This document shows positions 10,514 to 21,650 of a stretch of 64,000 nt of DNA, in pieces. The stretch's first letter is position 1; every line of letters begins with the position of its first letter. The stretch comes from Trichormus sp. ATA11-4-KO1 (GTDB taxonomy: Bacteria > Cyanobacteriota > Cyanobacteriia > Cyanobacteriales > Nostocaceae), in assembly GCA_019358915.1 (NCBI GenBank), contig JAHHIM010000073.1:96001-160000 (forward strand), in the 5' to 3' direction. Below the pieces are notes generated by a model. The model worked only from the letters and a program-made list of their open reading frames with translations. It was not told the DNA's origin and did no database searches. Made by a program: the position numbers and the translations under genes.

Positions 10514-10978
10514 TTACCACTGCGAAAATGGGTGTGTTACCAAATTGCTATTGTAATACCTGGGGTCGTGGGAAACTTCTTGACCAATCCAACTTGGGAG
10601 TTCAATTTGTTGATTGGCATCACTGAGTTCGACTTCTGCTAAAATCAATCCTTTATTCACACCATCAAACTCGTCTATTTCCCAAATCAAACCACCCCAT
10701 TCTACTTTGTATCTAATTTTTTCTATGAAAGGCCGTCGGCACAATGTATCCAGCATTTCTTGAGCATCTTCTACAGGAATGGGATACTCAAACTCTAATC
10801 GCGAACATTGAATACTAGGCCCTTTAATTGTCAAGTAACCTTGTTCTCCGATTATCCGCACACGTACAGTCACTTTATCTTGTGTAGCAATGTATCCTTG
10901 ACGGTATACACTACCCTTAGCTAACTTTCTCCAGCTATCTTCTTTGAGTAAAAATTTGCGTTCTATTTCTTTCGCCAT
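10514..10978 (-). CDS. CYTH domain protein
   Basis: N-terminal EIERKF, RVR, LTIKG, EFEY, WEIDEF, AEVEL. Confidence 0.92.
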   Translation of the reverse strand: MAKEIERKFLLKEDSWRKLAKGSVYRQGYIATQDKVTVRVRIIGEQGYLTIKGPSIQCSRLEFEYPIPVEDAQEMLDTLCRRPFIEKIRYKVEWGGLIWEIDEFDGVNKGLILAEVELSDANQQIELPSWIGQEVSHDPRYYNSNLVTHPFSQW

Positions 10979-11992
10979 TTTGTTAAATTATTATTTGTTT
11001 TGAGGAAAATATCATAGTTGTTTTTATCAAAAAATTTTAGCATTTGATGTACTAAAAAGATTAACTTTATTTAAATTAAAATTAATTTTCATTCTGATAT
11101 CTAAGATTGAAGTGTAGGTAATTATTATCGTAGATAAACAACAGTTGATAAAATAGCAAAAATTTAGTGCGATCGCTATTATATTCTGGTTTATGGAAAG
11201 AGTTCCAGAAACGAGGATTGGCGATCGCACTGTGTAATTTCTCTCATGAATGTTTCCCATGAGAGAATAATCAACTTGGTCAAGTAAAGGCTTAGTTAAT
11301 GACCACGGCGATCGCGTCCAGATCCACGATCATAGTGAAGGTCGCGATCATAAACATAGCTATAAAGAGGTAGGCGTATAACAGTATTAGTTCTCTGAGC
11401 AACAGCCGCAGATGACATAGACGCCTTCCAACCTACAAACGAGACAGAGGTGAAGCGATTCATAATTTGAGTTTGGTAAGTTGATGGTAATTTCTACAAG
11501 CGCAGGAAGTTTACGAAGAGAAGATTCCACAAAGCTTTGGATATATTCTAGCAAAATTATGAGTTATGCAGCAGCAGTACACGCCATATTAAAGTTACAG
11601 CCGTAGTCACATAGGTGAGGACAATATTGATGCAAGAGAGCAATGAAGCAACTGGTTTGATACTCAGCACTTTGCTATACATGACAGCCGCACAACGTTC
11701 TGTCCTCAGCTTGAAGACGATTCTTACCAAAGAAGGACTAACTATTAGTAACGCGATTGCTATCGTTAATGCATAACAATTATTACTGGATGGGTGTTAT
11801 GCCGCAGTGACCCATTGTTGTGTATCGAAGGAGAGCGATTTCAGATACATAAACAGTACTTAGAGTAACCATGAAAGATGTGGAGTTTTTATCGCTTCCT
11901 CCACTTAGTTATCACCAAGGGAAGTTTAAATACTTCATCAGAGCGGTCTGAGGTGATAAATTTCTGGTATCTCTTCTAGTAATCATGAAAAT

Positions 11993-12031
11993 TAAACTGT
12001 CTTGGTTGATTAATTTAACTGAGACAGTTTA
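11993..12031. terminator. Hairpin, probable terminator of the TPR gene
   Basis: TAAACTGTCT ... AGACAGTTTA inverted repeat about 30 bp past the TPR stop. Confidence 0.6.
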
Positions 12032-12063
12032 GCTTTTGCAAAAACGAGTATAAATGAAAATTT

Positions 12064-13887
12064 CTATTGCTGAAGTTGGGCGATCGCTTGCATAATTTGT
12101 TGATAATACTGTGTATTTCCTTCTTGATAATAAATATCAGCAGATTTTTGGAAATCGCTAATTGCAGCTTGATAATCTTCTAGCTTACGGTGAATATCAG
12201 CCCGCAGCATGTAAGCTGAAGCCCAATGAGGCTGACGCTGTAAAGCTGCGTTTAAGTCGGCTAGTCCCCCTGGTAAATCTCCCAGCAAAGAACGGCTACG
12301 TCCTCGGTTATACCAGTCTTGGGCCAAGCTGGAATCGATAGCAAGTGCCTGATTATAATCTTCTATTGCTCCTTGATAGTCTTGCAGAGCATAGCGAGCA
12401 TTAGCGCGATCGCTATAAAATGTGGCTGATTGGGGATTTCTTTGTAAAGCTTGGGTATAATCGGCAACTGCACCCTCATAGTCTTGGAGGGCATAGCCAA
12501 GAGAACCCCGATTATAATAAGCTTCTACCAGATCGGGATTAATTTGTAAAGCTTGGTTGTAATCTGCCATTGCTCCCTTTTCGTCTCCGAGAAAACGCCG
12601 AGCATTACCCCGATTGCAGTAGGCTGGGGAAAATTCAGGCGAAAGCTGTATTGCTTGAGTGTTATCGGCAATTGCTGATAAGAAATCTTGTAAAATTTCA
12701 TAAGCAATACCTCGTCCATAATAAGCTTCAGCTAAATTCTGATTAATCTGCAATGCCAAATTGTAATCTTGGATTGCCCCTTGATAATCTCCCAGACTAC
12801 GACGAGCTGTAGCGCGATCGCAGTATCCTTCAGCTAGATGGGGATTAAGTTGTAAAAGTCGATTGCTATCTTCAATTGCTCCTTGATAGTCTCCCAATCG
12901 GCGACGAACGTTAGCCCGAAAGCCGTAAACTAAAGCTAAGGTAGGATTTGCCTGCAATGCCTGATTATAATCCTCGATAGCTCCTTGATAATCGCCTAAA
13001 GTGTCTCGCACCAAACCCCGTTCATAATATGCTTGGACATCATCAGGGTTCAGTTTCAGCGCTTGGTTAAAGTCTGCAAGTGCCTGCTCGTAATCTTTGA
13101 GGCGAGAATAAACAAGACCCCGATTATAATAGGCTTCAGCAAAGTTGGGGTTAATATCCAATGTGCGATTGTAATCTTCAATTGCACCTTGATCGTCTCC
13201 TAGGGCAAAGCGGGCAATGCCTCGGTTATGATAAGCTGCTGCCAAGTTAGGATCGAGTTGTAATGCGCGATTATGCTCAGCGATCGCTTGCTGATATTCT
13301 CCTAAAAGATAGTTGATATTACCGCGACTAGTGTAAGCTGCGGCAAAATGGGGATGCCATTGTAATGCTTGCTGAAAATCGGCGAGCGCTCCTTGATTAT
13401 CGCCGCGATCGCAACGAGCTACACCCCGATTATGCAATGCCTTGGCAATATCAAAATTAATACACGTAGCTAACTGAGTGCTATTTTCGATTGCTTGCTG
13501 ATAATCGTTGATCGCTTGGTCATATGCTTGCAAAGCAAAGTAGGCATTACCCCGGCTATGATAAGATGCCGCAAAGTTGGGATTGATTTGTAATGCCTGA
13601 TCATGATCGGCGATCGCTCCCTCATAATCTGCTAAAAAGTAGCGTGCATTAGCTCGGTTGCAGTACGCTTCCGCCAGATGGGGATTGATTTGTAATGCTT
13701 GATCAAAGTCGGCGATCGCTCCGTGATAATCTTTGAGTTCAGCGCTGAGAATAAGACCTCGGTTGTAATAAGCTTCGGCATAGTCGGGATTCATCTCAAT
13801 CGTCTGAGAGTAATCTGCGATGGCTTCTTGATAGTCCCCTTGCAAATGTTTGTGGAATCCCTGCTTGAAAAATTCGTCAGCATTCAT
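12064..13887 (-). CDS. All-TPR repeat protein
   Basis: Continuous 34-aa repeats (AYYNRG...GAIEDYNQALQINP) over the whole length; no catalytic domain seen. Confidence 0.92.
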   Translation of the reverse strand: MNADEFFKQGFHKHLQGDYQEAIADYSQTIEMNPDYAEAYYNRGLILSAELKDYHGAIADFDQALQINPHLAEAYCNRANARYFLADYEGAIADHDQALQINPNFAASYHSRGNAYFALQAYDQAINDYQQAIENSTQLATCINFDIAKALHNRGVARCDRGDNQGALADFQQALQWHPHFAAAYTSRGNINYLLGEYQQAIAEHNRALQLDPNLAAAYHNRGIARFALGDDQGAIEDYNRTLDINPNFAEAYYNRGLVYSRLKDYEQALADFNQALKLNPDDVQAYYERGLVRDTLGDYQGAIEDYNQALQANPTLALVYGFRANVRRRLGDYQGAIEDSNRLLQLNPHLAEGYCDRATARRSLGDYQGAIQDYNLALQINQNLAEAYYGRGIAYEILQDFLSAIADNTQAIQLSPEFSPAYCNRGNARRFLGDEKGAMADYNQALQINPDLVEAYYNRGSLGYALQDYEGAVADYTQALQRNPQSATFYSDRANARYALQDYQGAIEDYNQALAIDSSLAQDWYNRGRSRSLLGDLPGGLADLNAALQRQPHWASAYMLRADIHRKLEDYQAAISDFQKSADIYYQEGNTQYYQQIMQAIAQLQQ

Positions 13888-14008
13888 CTAATTTCTCTGG
13901 GTTTCAACACTCCCGTCACTCATTGTAGGACGGTCGTACCTTACCATCAATTTATTAGTGTTTATTGGTGCGATCGCGTTGCAAAATAGTGCTGAGTGCG
14001 CTGGCCCT

Positions 14009-14266
14009 GAGCGAAGTCGAAGGGGAGTGCTGAGTAAAAAGTAAAATTAACTGCACTCAGCATATAGGGTTTGAAGCCCCTCGCTTACGAAGGAAAGAAA
14101 AGGAGGAAACCTCCGCTCTGACTTCGCGCTAAATTTATTTATGAAAACAGGTAAAACATTTTTTTCGAGACACGCGCAGTGCAAGAAAAAAAGTGTCCTT
14201 GTTTCAATCCCTTAGTTTTAACTATGGGGTTGTACTCAGCACTCAGCACTTTCTACTCAGCACTCT
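14009..14266. repeat. TGCTGAG/CTCAGCA heptamer inverted arrays with nested small repeats
   Basis: TGCTGAG units on the left, CTCAGCA units on the right, interrupted by CTGAGCGAAGTCGAAG and a GGGTTTGAAGCCCC...ATGGGG element. Confidence 0.65.
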
Positions 14267-14580
14267 TCATCATGACTAAGGTCAAGAATAATTAAGTTCA
14301 ATGAACAAACGGTACTATAAGTTAAAGCGCAATCTAAAACTGTTTCTGGAAAAATTATCAGCAAAAACTCGGGAATAATTTGTCAACCTGTTAAGCGTAG
14401 CTGGCGAAAAGCTGATTTACACTCTTTATTTTTTCTGCTACCAGAGAAATATATGCAAACTAGTTTACAAAATTAGAAAAAGTGGTAGCTTAAGTATAAA
14501 CTATTGACAAGCTATTAATTAACCTGTTAATTGTGGATACATCTGTAGCACCAATTGCGTAAAATCTGCTGGAGTGACTT

Positions 14581-15432
14581 ATGGCTAACTTTAAAAATTG
14601 TATGATGCGAAGCTTTAGTTTTATTCAACGCTTTGCACTTTGTGTTACGCCATTAATTACTAGTTATTCCTTGGCAATTGCACCTAGTAGAGCAGCCACT
14701 TTTGGGTATTCTGAAGCAAATTTAAATTTTACCAACATCAACACAGACCCTTTGGTGTTTTTAACTGATGCTGATGGTTTCACGAATGTCAATGGCATGG
14801 CAAATGCTTTTTCTTTCGCACAAGCAGATGCTTCAAGTTTTTTACAGCAAGCATCTAATTCAACATTCAGCGAAGCTTTTGGCGAAGGTAGAAGTTATTT
14901 AGGAGAGGCAGAAAGTCAATCCAGATTGATTGGGTTATTTTTTGTAGATGCTGATCAACATTTTTCTTTTGACTTCACAGCATATTTAGAACTAGAAACA
15001 TCAATAGATAACCCATTAGAGGAAAATGCCATAGCCTTTGGAGAAATAGATTTTGAGTTAATTGATATTGATAATAGTAATGTTTTAGACTTTTTTCTTC
15101 TTGTCGGTGATATAGTCACTCCAGACAATAGTGATTTTATTACCTTTGACAAAAGTGACAATATTACTTTCACTAACTCAATTACTACGTCAAACTTTGG
15201 CGGAATTAAAGAAAACGCTACAGCGTCGCTCCAAGGTTCTGTACAACGTCATTTTGCTAATCCCACAAATTTAGCTTTAATAGCATTTACCAGAAATCAG
15301 GTTGTTGTAGTTGCAGTACCTGAACCATCAGCTAAGACAGGTTTACTATTTGGTGCTATTTTGATAGGTTTTACTATCAAAGCAAAACGTAAAACAATTT
15401 CCTCACCTTTACACTCAACATTAGCGCAGTGA
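14581..15432 (+). CDS. PEP-CTERM sorting-domain surface protein
   Basis: Signal peptide ending APSRAAT, acidic Ser/Thr/Phe-rich body, VPEPS + TM + basic KAKRK. Confidence 0.88.
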   Translation: MANFKNCMMRSFSFIQRFALCVTPLITSYSLAIAPSRAATFGYSEANLNFTNINTDPLVFLTDADGFTNVNGMANAFSFAQADASSFLQQASNSTFSEAFGEGRSYLGEAESQSRLIGLFFVDADQHFSFDFTAYLELETSIDNPLEENAIAFGEIDFELIDIDNSNVLDFFLLVGDIVTPDNSDFITFDKSDNITFTNSITTSNFGGIKENATASLQGSVQRHFANPTNLALIAFTRNQVVVVAVPEPSAKTGLLFGAILIGFTIKAKRKTISSPLHSTLAQ

Positions 15433-15929
15433 GGCGTATTAATTTACATTGACAAAACTAAGTATTGAGTTGACAAGAAAGCTACTTTGTCAAGGTATAG
15501 CAGGTGAAATATAGAATAAAAAAATCCCTCATTGGACGCTTTTTTATAAAAAACTACGTCTTGCTAAAACTTTGTGAGAGAATCATTACATACATTAACT
15601 CTATCAACAGGATGAAAAATTGTACGCCTTTAGTTAGAGTGAAAAAATACTGAGATGCCGATATTTTGAGTAAAGACAAGCACGAATTGAGATTCCTCCT
15701 CAGGGAAAACTTTCATAAAAGACACAGATAGAGGATTCATCTGTGTTTATTCGTGTTTATGCTTGCTTAAATGTCAGTTTGACAGACTTCACCACGCCAC
15801 TTACTCATAAAATAGGTGGCTTGGTGCGGTCAATACAATACCTGTCGAACTCTCGTTTGCTTAGACTCAAGGAAAGATACTCAGTCTGTCCTGTAAGTCA
15901 AAAATGCAGAATCAACGTTAGGGGTTACC

Positions 15930-18350
15930 ATGTCTGAATTGATCCAAGCAATCCTGGATAGCGAAGAAAAAAGTGATTTGCGTTCCTTTATTAGTCAATT
16001 ACGCCAAGAAGAAAATAATTACTTGCTGCGTAACGACATCTTGAATGTATATAGTGAATATTGCTCTAAGTCCGAGAAGTCCCAAACCTTTGCTGCGTCT
16101 TCCCGCTTAGGCAAACTGGTTTACTATACTCAGGAAATTATTCAAGAAGACTCAAGCCTTTGTTTTATCATCCGTCCGAAAATTGCTAGTCAAGAAGTTT
16201 ATCGGCTAACGGAGGACTTGAACGTTGAGCCAATGACAGTACAGGAACTGCTGGATCTACGCGATCGCTTTGTGAATAAATTTCATCCCCAAGAAGGTGA
16301 CCTGCTAGAACTAGATTTTGGCCCGTTTTATGACTACACTCCAGTAATCCGTGACCCAAAAAATATTGGTAAAGGGGTGCAATTTCTCAACCGTTATCTA
16401 TCCAGCAAAATATTTCAAGACTCTAAACAATTGCTGGAAAGCTTATTAAATTTCTTGCGCCTGCATCAATATAATGGTGTTCAGCTGCTGGTCAACGATC
16501 GCATTAAATCACAGCAGCAACTTTCTCAGCAAGTTAAGAAAGCTATCAGTTTTGTCAGTCAGCGCCCCAGCGATGAAACCTACGAAAACTTCCGGTTTGA
16601 ATTGCAAATGATGGGTTTTGAGCCGGGTTGGGGTAACACCGCTATGCGTGTAAATGACACCCTCAACGTGCTAGACGATTTAATTGACTCTCCCGATCCC
16701 CAGCTTCTAGAAGCCTTCATCTCTCGTGTGCCAATGATTTTTAGAATCGTTCTGGTATCGGCTCACGGCTGGTTTGGACAAGAAGGAGTTCTGGGAAGAC
16801 CTGACACTGGTGGTCAGGTGGTTTACGTCCTCGACCAAGCCAAGAATCTGGAAAAGCAACTACAAGAAGATGTCCAACTAGCTGGGTTAGAGGGATTGAA
16901 CGTCCAGCCAAAGGTAATTATTCTCACCCGTTTGATTCCTAATAGCGATGGTACTCTTTGTAATCAACAGCTAGAAAAAGTCCACGGTACAGAAAACGCT
17001 TGGATTTTGCGCGTACCTCTGCGGGAATTTAACCCCAACATGACGCAAAACTGGATTTCCCGATTTGAGTTTTGGCCTTATCTAGAAACTTTTGCCATTG
17101 ACTCAGAAAGAGAACTGCTAGCAGAATTTCAAGGCAGACCCGATTTAATTGTGGGTAATTATTCTGATGGAAATTTGATAGCATTTCTGTTGGCAAGGCG
17201 GATGAACGTCACTCAGTGCAACATCGCTCATGCTTTGGAAAAATCCAAATACTTGTTTAGTAACTTATACTGGCAAGATTTGGAAGATAAATATCATTTT
17301 TCTTTGCAATTCACAGCTGATTTAATTGCCATGAATGCTGCCAATTTCGTTGTGAGCAGCACCTACCAAGAAATTGTTGGTACACCGGATAGTGTGGGAC
17401 AGTATGAGTCTTACAAATGCTTTACGATGCCAGAGTTGTACCATGTAGTCAATGGAGTTGAACTATTTAGTCCCAAGTTTAATGTCGTACCTCCTGGAGT
17501 TAACGAGAGTTACTATTTTCCTTATTTCCAAACTGAAGACCGAGTAGAGAGTGAGCGCGATCGCATTGCGGAAATGCTCTTTACTCTAGAAGATCCTGCC
17601 CAAATCTTCGGCAAACTCGATGATCCCAAAAAACGCCCCATCTTTTCTATGGCGCGTCTAGACCGCATTAAAAACCTCACTGGGTTAGCGGAATGCTTTG
17701 GTAAAAGTCAAGAATTGCAGGAGCATTGTAACTTAATTTTGGTAGCAGGTAAGTTGCGCGTAGAAGAATCAGGGGACAACGAAGAACGTGACGAAATTGT
17801 CAGACTCTATCAAATCATTGATGAGTACGATCTTCACGGTAAAATTCGTTGGCTGGGCGTGCGCCTAACCAAATCAGATTCTGGGGAAATTTACCGCGTA
17901 ATTGCCGACCATAAAGGAATCTTTGTGCAACCAGCTTTATTTGAAGCTTTTGGTTTGACAATCTTGGAAGCTATGATTTCGGGATTACCAACTTTTGCTA
18001 CCCAATTTGGTGGTCCACTGGAAATTATTCAAGACAAGGTAAATGGCTTTTACATTAACCCCACAAATTTGGAGGAAACAGCTACAAAAATCTATGAATT
18101 TGTGACTAAATGTGAACAAAATTCTGATTATTGGAATGCCATTTCTCGACAAGCGATTGACAGGGTTTATAGTACATATACCTGGAAAATCCATACTTCC
18201 AAACTGTTATCCCTCGCCAGGATTTATGGTTTTTGGAACTTTACTTCCAAGGAAAATCGAGAGGATTTGTTGCGTTATCTTGAAGCTTTGTTTTATTTAA
18301 TTTACAAACCCAAAGCGCAACAATTACTAGAGCAACATCAGTATCGCTAA
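15930..18350 (+). CDS. susA: Sucrose synthase
   Basis: 806 aa; DTGGQVVYVLDQ, GNYSDGN, AHALEKSKY, MARLDRIKN, EAFGLT GT-B motifs; A versus B paralog assignment is from recall. Confidence 0.9.
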   Translation: MSELIQAILDSEEKSDLRSFISQLRQEENNYLLRNDILNVYSEYCSKSEKSQTFAASSRLGKLVYYTQEIIQEDSSLCFIIRPKIASQEVYRLTEDLNVEPMTVQELLDLRDRFVNKFHPQEGDLLELDFGPFYDYTPVIRDPKNIGKGVQFLNRYLSSKIFQDSKQLLESLLNFLRLHQYNGVQLLVNDRIKSQQQLSQQVKKAISFVSQRPSDETYENFRFELQMMGFEPGWGNTAMRVNDTLNVLDDLIDSPDPQLLEAFISRVPMIFRIVLVSAHGWFGQEGVLGRPDTGGQVVYVLDQAKNLEKQLQEDVQLAGLEGLNVQPKVIILTRLIPNSDGTLCNQQLEKVHGTENAWILRVPLREFNPNMTQNWISRFEFWPYLETFAIDSERELLAEFQGRPDLIVGNYSDGNLIAFLLARRMNVTQCNIAHALEKSKYLFSNLYWQDLEDKYHFSLQFTADLIAMNAANFVVSSTYQEIVGTPDSVGQYESYKCFTMPELYHVVNGVELFSPKFNVVPPGVNESYYFPYFQTEDRVESERDRIAEMLFTLEDPAQIFGKLDDPKKRPIFSMARLDRIKNLTGLAECFGKSQELQEHCNLILVAGKLRVEESGDNEERDEIVRLYQIIDEYDLHGKIRWLGVRLTKSDSGEIYRVIADHKGIFVQPALFEAFGLTILEAMISGLPTFATQFGGPLEIIQDKVNGFYINPTNLEETATKIYEFVTKCEQNSDYWNAISRQAIDRVYSTYTWKIHTSKLLSLARIYGFWNFTSKENREDLLRYLEALFYLIYKPKAQQLLEQHQYR

Positions 18351-18356
18351 CTAGTA

Positions 18357-18421
18357 GTGCTGAGTTGAAATCTTGTGCTGAGTAAAAGATGTCCTCACTC
18401 AGCACTCAGCACTCAGCACTC
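18357..18421. repeat. TGCTGAG/CTCAGCA heptamer inverted repeat after susA
   Basis: Two TGCTGAG units followed by (ACTCAGC)x3; can fold as a hairpin. Confidence 0.7.
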
Positions 18422-18431
18422 CTTTATTAGT

Positions 18432-18679
18432 CTAGATATTGGTCTGCCCTTAGAGCAACTGCGATCGCCCATCCGCAATTCCTTATCTGGCCAGCAAAAA
18501 TTCCAAGAAATGATTTGAGATGGACTAATCGTCGGGGCAGAAAAATCAAATGTTATCTCGCTATTACTTCTTTATTGGGCACAGAAATGGAAGGGGCAGT
18601 ATTAATGATGGCAGATATAGATCGAGTCAACAGTATGATTTCTACCCAAGAAATTGCAGAAAGGCGGCAGCAACAGTAA
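18432..18679 (+). pseudogene. 3' remnant of a CheR-PAS type methyltransferase gene
   Basis: Manual translation LDIGLPLEQLRSPIRNSLSG...MI*D / frameshift / TNRRGRKIKCYLAITSLLG...ERRQQQ*; resembles the C-terminal PAS of cyanobacterial CheR proteins. Confidence 0.65.
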
Positions 18680-18695
18680 TAGGAGAAAACTGCAA

Positions 18696-20813
18696 ATGAA
18701 TCGAGACATACAGCAAGCGATCGCCGGGGCGCATCAGCGACTGGAAGATTTATATCAGCGTGCCAATCAAGTAGAAGTGCAGGATGCTTGTAGAGAAATA
18801 TTGCAAGAAGCGATCACAGAAATTTCTATTTCTCTAGAAGAATTACATGTATCGGCAGAAGAACTACAACAACAAAATCAAGAATTAATAGCTACTCGTT
18901 ATCTTGTCGAAACAGAACGCCAGCGCTATCAGGATATATTCAACTTTGCCCCCGATGGTTATTTAGTGACTGATGTTGTCGGGATCATTCAAGAAGCTAA
19001 CTATGCAGCAGCCCAGTTACTAAATGTACGCCAATCGTACCTCATCGGCAAACCACTTTCTGTGTTTGTGCATCCGCAAGCACGGCAAAAATTTCGTCAG
19101 ATGATGCGGCAATTGGGGCAGCAAAAGCAGACCCGTACAGAAGAGTTACGGATGTTTCATAATGATGGTGAGATAGACTTTCCGGCGGAAGTAACAGTTG
19201 GCGTAATTGAAGGTCAGAATCAAGGGAAAATAGATGGCTGGCGCTGGCTACTACGAGATATTAGCGATCGCCACCAAGCACAACAGAAAATTCATGAACA
19301 AGCAGCCCTACTAGACATTACAACAGATGCAATTCTTGTCAGAGATTTGCAAAACCAAATTTTATACTGGAACCAAGGCGCAGAAAATCTTTACGGTTGG
19401 CGAGCAGAAGAGGCCTTAGGAAAGAACGCCTGGGAACTTTTATCGCCAGAAAGTTCACCGCAACTCGCAGTGGCGCTAAAAACCGTGATGGAAGATGGTG
19501 CGTGGCTGGGTGAGTTACACAAAGTCACCAAAGCTGGTAAAGCAATCATCATTAATAGTCGCTGGACATTAATGTATGATGCCGCAGGGTTACCCAAATC
19601 CATTTTGACTGTTGACACCGACATCACCGAGAAAAAACAACTGGAAATCCAGCTTTGGCGGGCCCAACGCTTAGAAAGTTTAGGTTCTCTCGCTAGTGCG
19701 ATCGCCCATGACCTCAATAATATTCTCACCCCGATGATGACAGTGGCGCAACTGTTACCACTCAAACATCCCCACTTGAGTGAAAGCTCACAACAGATGC
19801 TCAAGCTGTTGGATAATAATGCCAAACGAGGGGCTGATTTAGTACAGCAAATTTTGTCCTTTGCCCGTAATGCTCAAGACAAATGCACAATGGTGTCAGT
19901 TTCCCACCTGATAGAAGATGTTGCGCAAAACATCAAAGGCACATTTCCTCAATCTATCGAAATTGATATAGATATACCCTCAGATCCTGGGATGATTCTG
20001 GGAGATTATACCCAACTACATCAAGTGTTAATGAATTTAGTAGTTAATGCTAGTGATGCCATGCCTCAAGGTGGGAAACTGAAAATCTGTGCTAACAAAG
20101 TATTTCTCAATGAAAACTTGACGAGGATACACATGGGAGCAAAAGCTGGCTCCTATGTAGTCATTACAGTTACTGATACCGGGGTTGGCATTAACCCAGA
20201 AATCATCGATAAAATTTTTGAGCCATTTTTCACTACCAAAGAACAGGGTAAAGGTACTGGTCTGGGTTTAGCTACAGTTATGGGTATCATCAACAGCTAC
20301 GGCGGTTTTGTGGAAGTATCCAGTCAAGTAGGAATTGGTAGCCAATTCCAAGTTTACCTACCCAGTTGTGAGAGCAGCATTCCCCCCACAGTAGATGAGA
20401 TAGAACTGCCCACAGGAAACGGAGAATTAATTTTAGTTGTAGATGACGAAGCGGCAATCACGCAAATTACTAAAACCACCTTAGAAATCCACAACTACAG
20501 GGTATTAATTGCCCAAAATGGCATTGAAGCTCTTGCCCTCTATAGCCAGCACCAAAACGAAATTAAACTAGTCGTGATAGATATGATGATGCCATCAATG
20601 GCTGGAGGAACTGCTATCCGCACCTTACAAATGATCAATCCGCAGGTGCGAATTATGGCTATGAGTGGATTAGCATCAGCTGAAGCGTTAGCACAAGCCA
20701 CTATTACAGGTATTCAAGGATTTTTACCAAAACCCTTCACCGCGCATGAATTGTTGAATTCGATAAATGAGTTACTTGCAGCCAATATTCAATCAAGTTG
20801 GAATGAGGAATAG
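18696..20813 (+). CDS. Cytoplasmic PAS-PAS hybrid histidine kinase with C-terminal receiver
   Basis: AGGAG RBS before ATG 18696; coiled coil [10 protein letters not shown], two [17 protein letters not shown]...GTGLGL, receiver LVVDDE/DMMMP. Confidence 0.9.
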   Translation: MNRDIQQAIAGAHQRLEDLYQRANQVEVQDACREILQEAITEISISLEELHVSAEELQQQNQELIATRYLVETERQRYQDIFNFAPDGYLVTDVVGIIQEANYAAAQLLNVRQSYLIGKPLSVFVHPQARQKFRQMMRQLGQQKQTRTEELRMFHNDGEIDFPAEVTVGVIEGQNQGKIDGWRWLLRDISDRHQAQQKIHEQAALLDITTDAILVRDLQNQILYWNQGAENLYGWRAEEALGKNAWELLSPESSPQLAVALKTVMEDGAWLGELHKVTKAGKAIIINSRWTLMYDAAGLPKSILTVDTDITEKKQLEIQLWRAQRLESLGSLASAIAHDLNNILTPMMTVAQLLPLKHPHLSESSQQMLKLLDNNAKRGADLVQQILSFARNAQDKCTMVSVSHLIEDVAQNIKGTFPQSIEIDIDIPSDPGMILGDYTQLHQVLMNLVVNASDAMPQGGKLKICANKVFLNENLTRIHMGAKAGSYVVITVTDTGVGINPEIIDKIFEPFFTTKEQGKGTGLGLATVMGIINSYGGFVEVSSQVGIGSQFQVYLPSCESSIPPTVDEIELPTGNGELILVVDDEAAITQITKTTLEIHNYRVLIAQNGIEALALYSQHQNEIKLVVIDMMMPSMAGGTAIRTLQMINPQVRIMAMSGLASAEALAQATITGIQGFLPKPFTAHELLNSINELLAANIQSSWNEE

Positions 20814-20825
20814 GGACAAATCAAT

Positions 20826-21650
20826 TCAAAATTCCCGAACTTTAGCCGCAGGAATTGGGAAACTGATTTTCAAACGCTTAAACATTGCCGACCGAGCTTG
20901 TATAGCCAAATAATCATCCAACGGTTTCAAGGCGATCGCCTGCTGATATTTTAACCGCAGTGCCGTTTGAATTAACCAGTCAGCCACAAAGGGATTTTTT
21001 GGTAACAAAGGGCCGTGGGAATAAGTGGCGATCGCATTCTGATAAAACGCTCCTTCTGTACCATCTTCACCATTATTGCCTAAGCCATACACCACTCGCC
21101 CCAAAGCTTCCACCTGTCCCAGTTTGGTGCGTCCGCCGTGATTTTCAAAGCCTACCAAATAAGGTTTACTACCTGTAATTTCTTCCAGTTCCCGTGCTAA
21201 ACGAGAAGCTGTAACTTCTATGACTAAATTTCCTATACAACGCTTAGTATTTTCACCGGGATGCACTGAGACTAAATCCAGTATGCCTAAGCCTTGAATG
21301 CGCTGTCCTAATCCTGGTTCATAATAGTGTCCCAGCAGTTGGGGTGAACCACAGGTAAATACTCCTGGCGTACCATTGGCGATTTTCTCACGCATGGCAT
21401 CAGCTTTTGCACCTTGCAAATCACGCATAACTATTTCTTGTTGGCGGTCTTGTGCGCCACCACCAACGATCACATCTACAGTTTTAATATCGGCGGCTGT
21501 AGCATTTTGATCTAAGGGTACTATCTTGACATTGTATCCCCGCCATTGGGCGCGACGTTCTATCGTAATTACATTACCGCGATCGCCGTAGGTACTCATC
21601 AGCGTCGGATACAGCCAACCAATAATTAATTCTAAATTTTGCTCACTCAT
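20826..21650 (-). CDS. Type 1 glutamine amidotransferase, GatD/CobQ-like
   Basis: YGDRGN, GGGAQD, TCGSPQLLG (Cys), GFENHGG, YSHGPLLPKNP. Confidence 0.88.
   Translation of the reverse strand: MSEQNLELIIGWLYPTLMSTYGDRGNVITIERRAQWRGYNVKIVPLDQNATAADIKTVDVIVGGGAQDRQQEIVMRDLQGAKADAMREKIANGTPGVFTCGSPQLLGHYYEPGLGQRIQGLGILDLVSVHPGENTKRCIGNLVIEVTASRLARELEEITGSKPYLVGFENHGGRTKLGQVEALGRVVYGLGNNGEDGTEGAFYQNAIATYSHGPLLPKNPFVADWLIQTALRLKYQQAIALKPLDDYLAIQARSAMFKRLKISFPIPAAKVREF

Noticed and set aside
11027..11260. 77-aa minus-strand ORF upstream of the CYTH gene
   Set aside because: Ile/Asn-rich translation of AT-rich promoter DNA; no recognisable motif.
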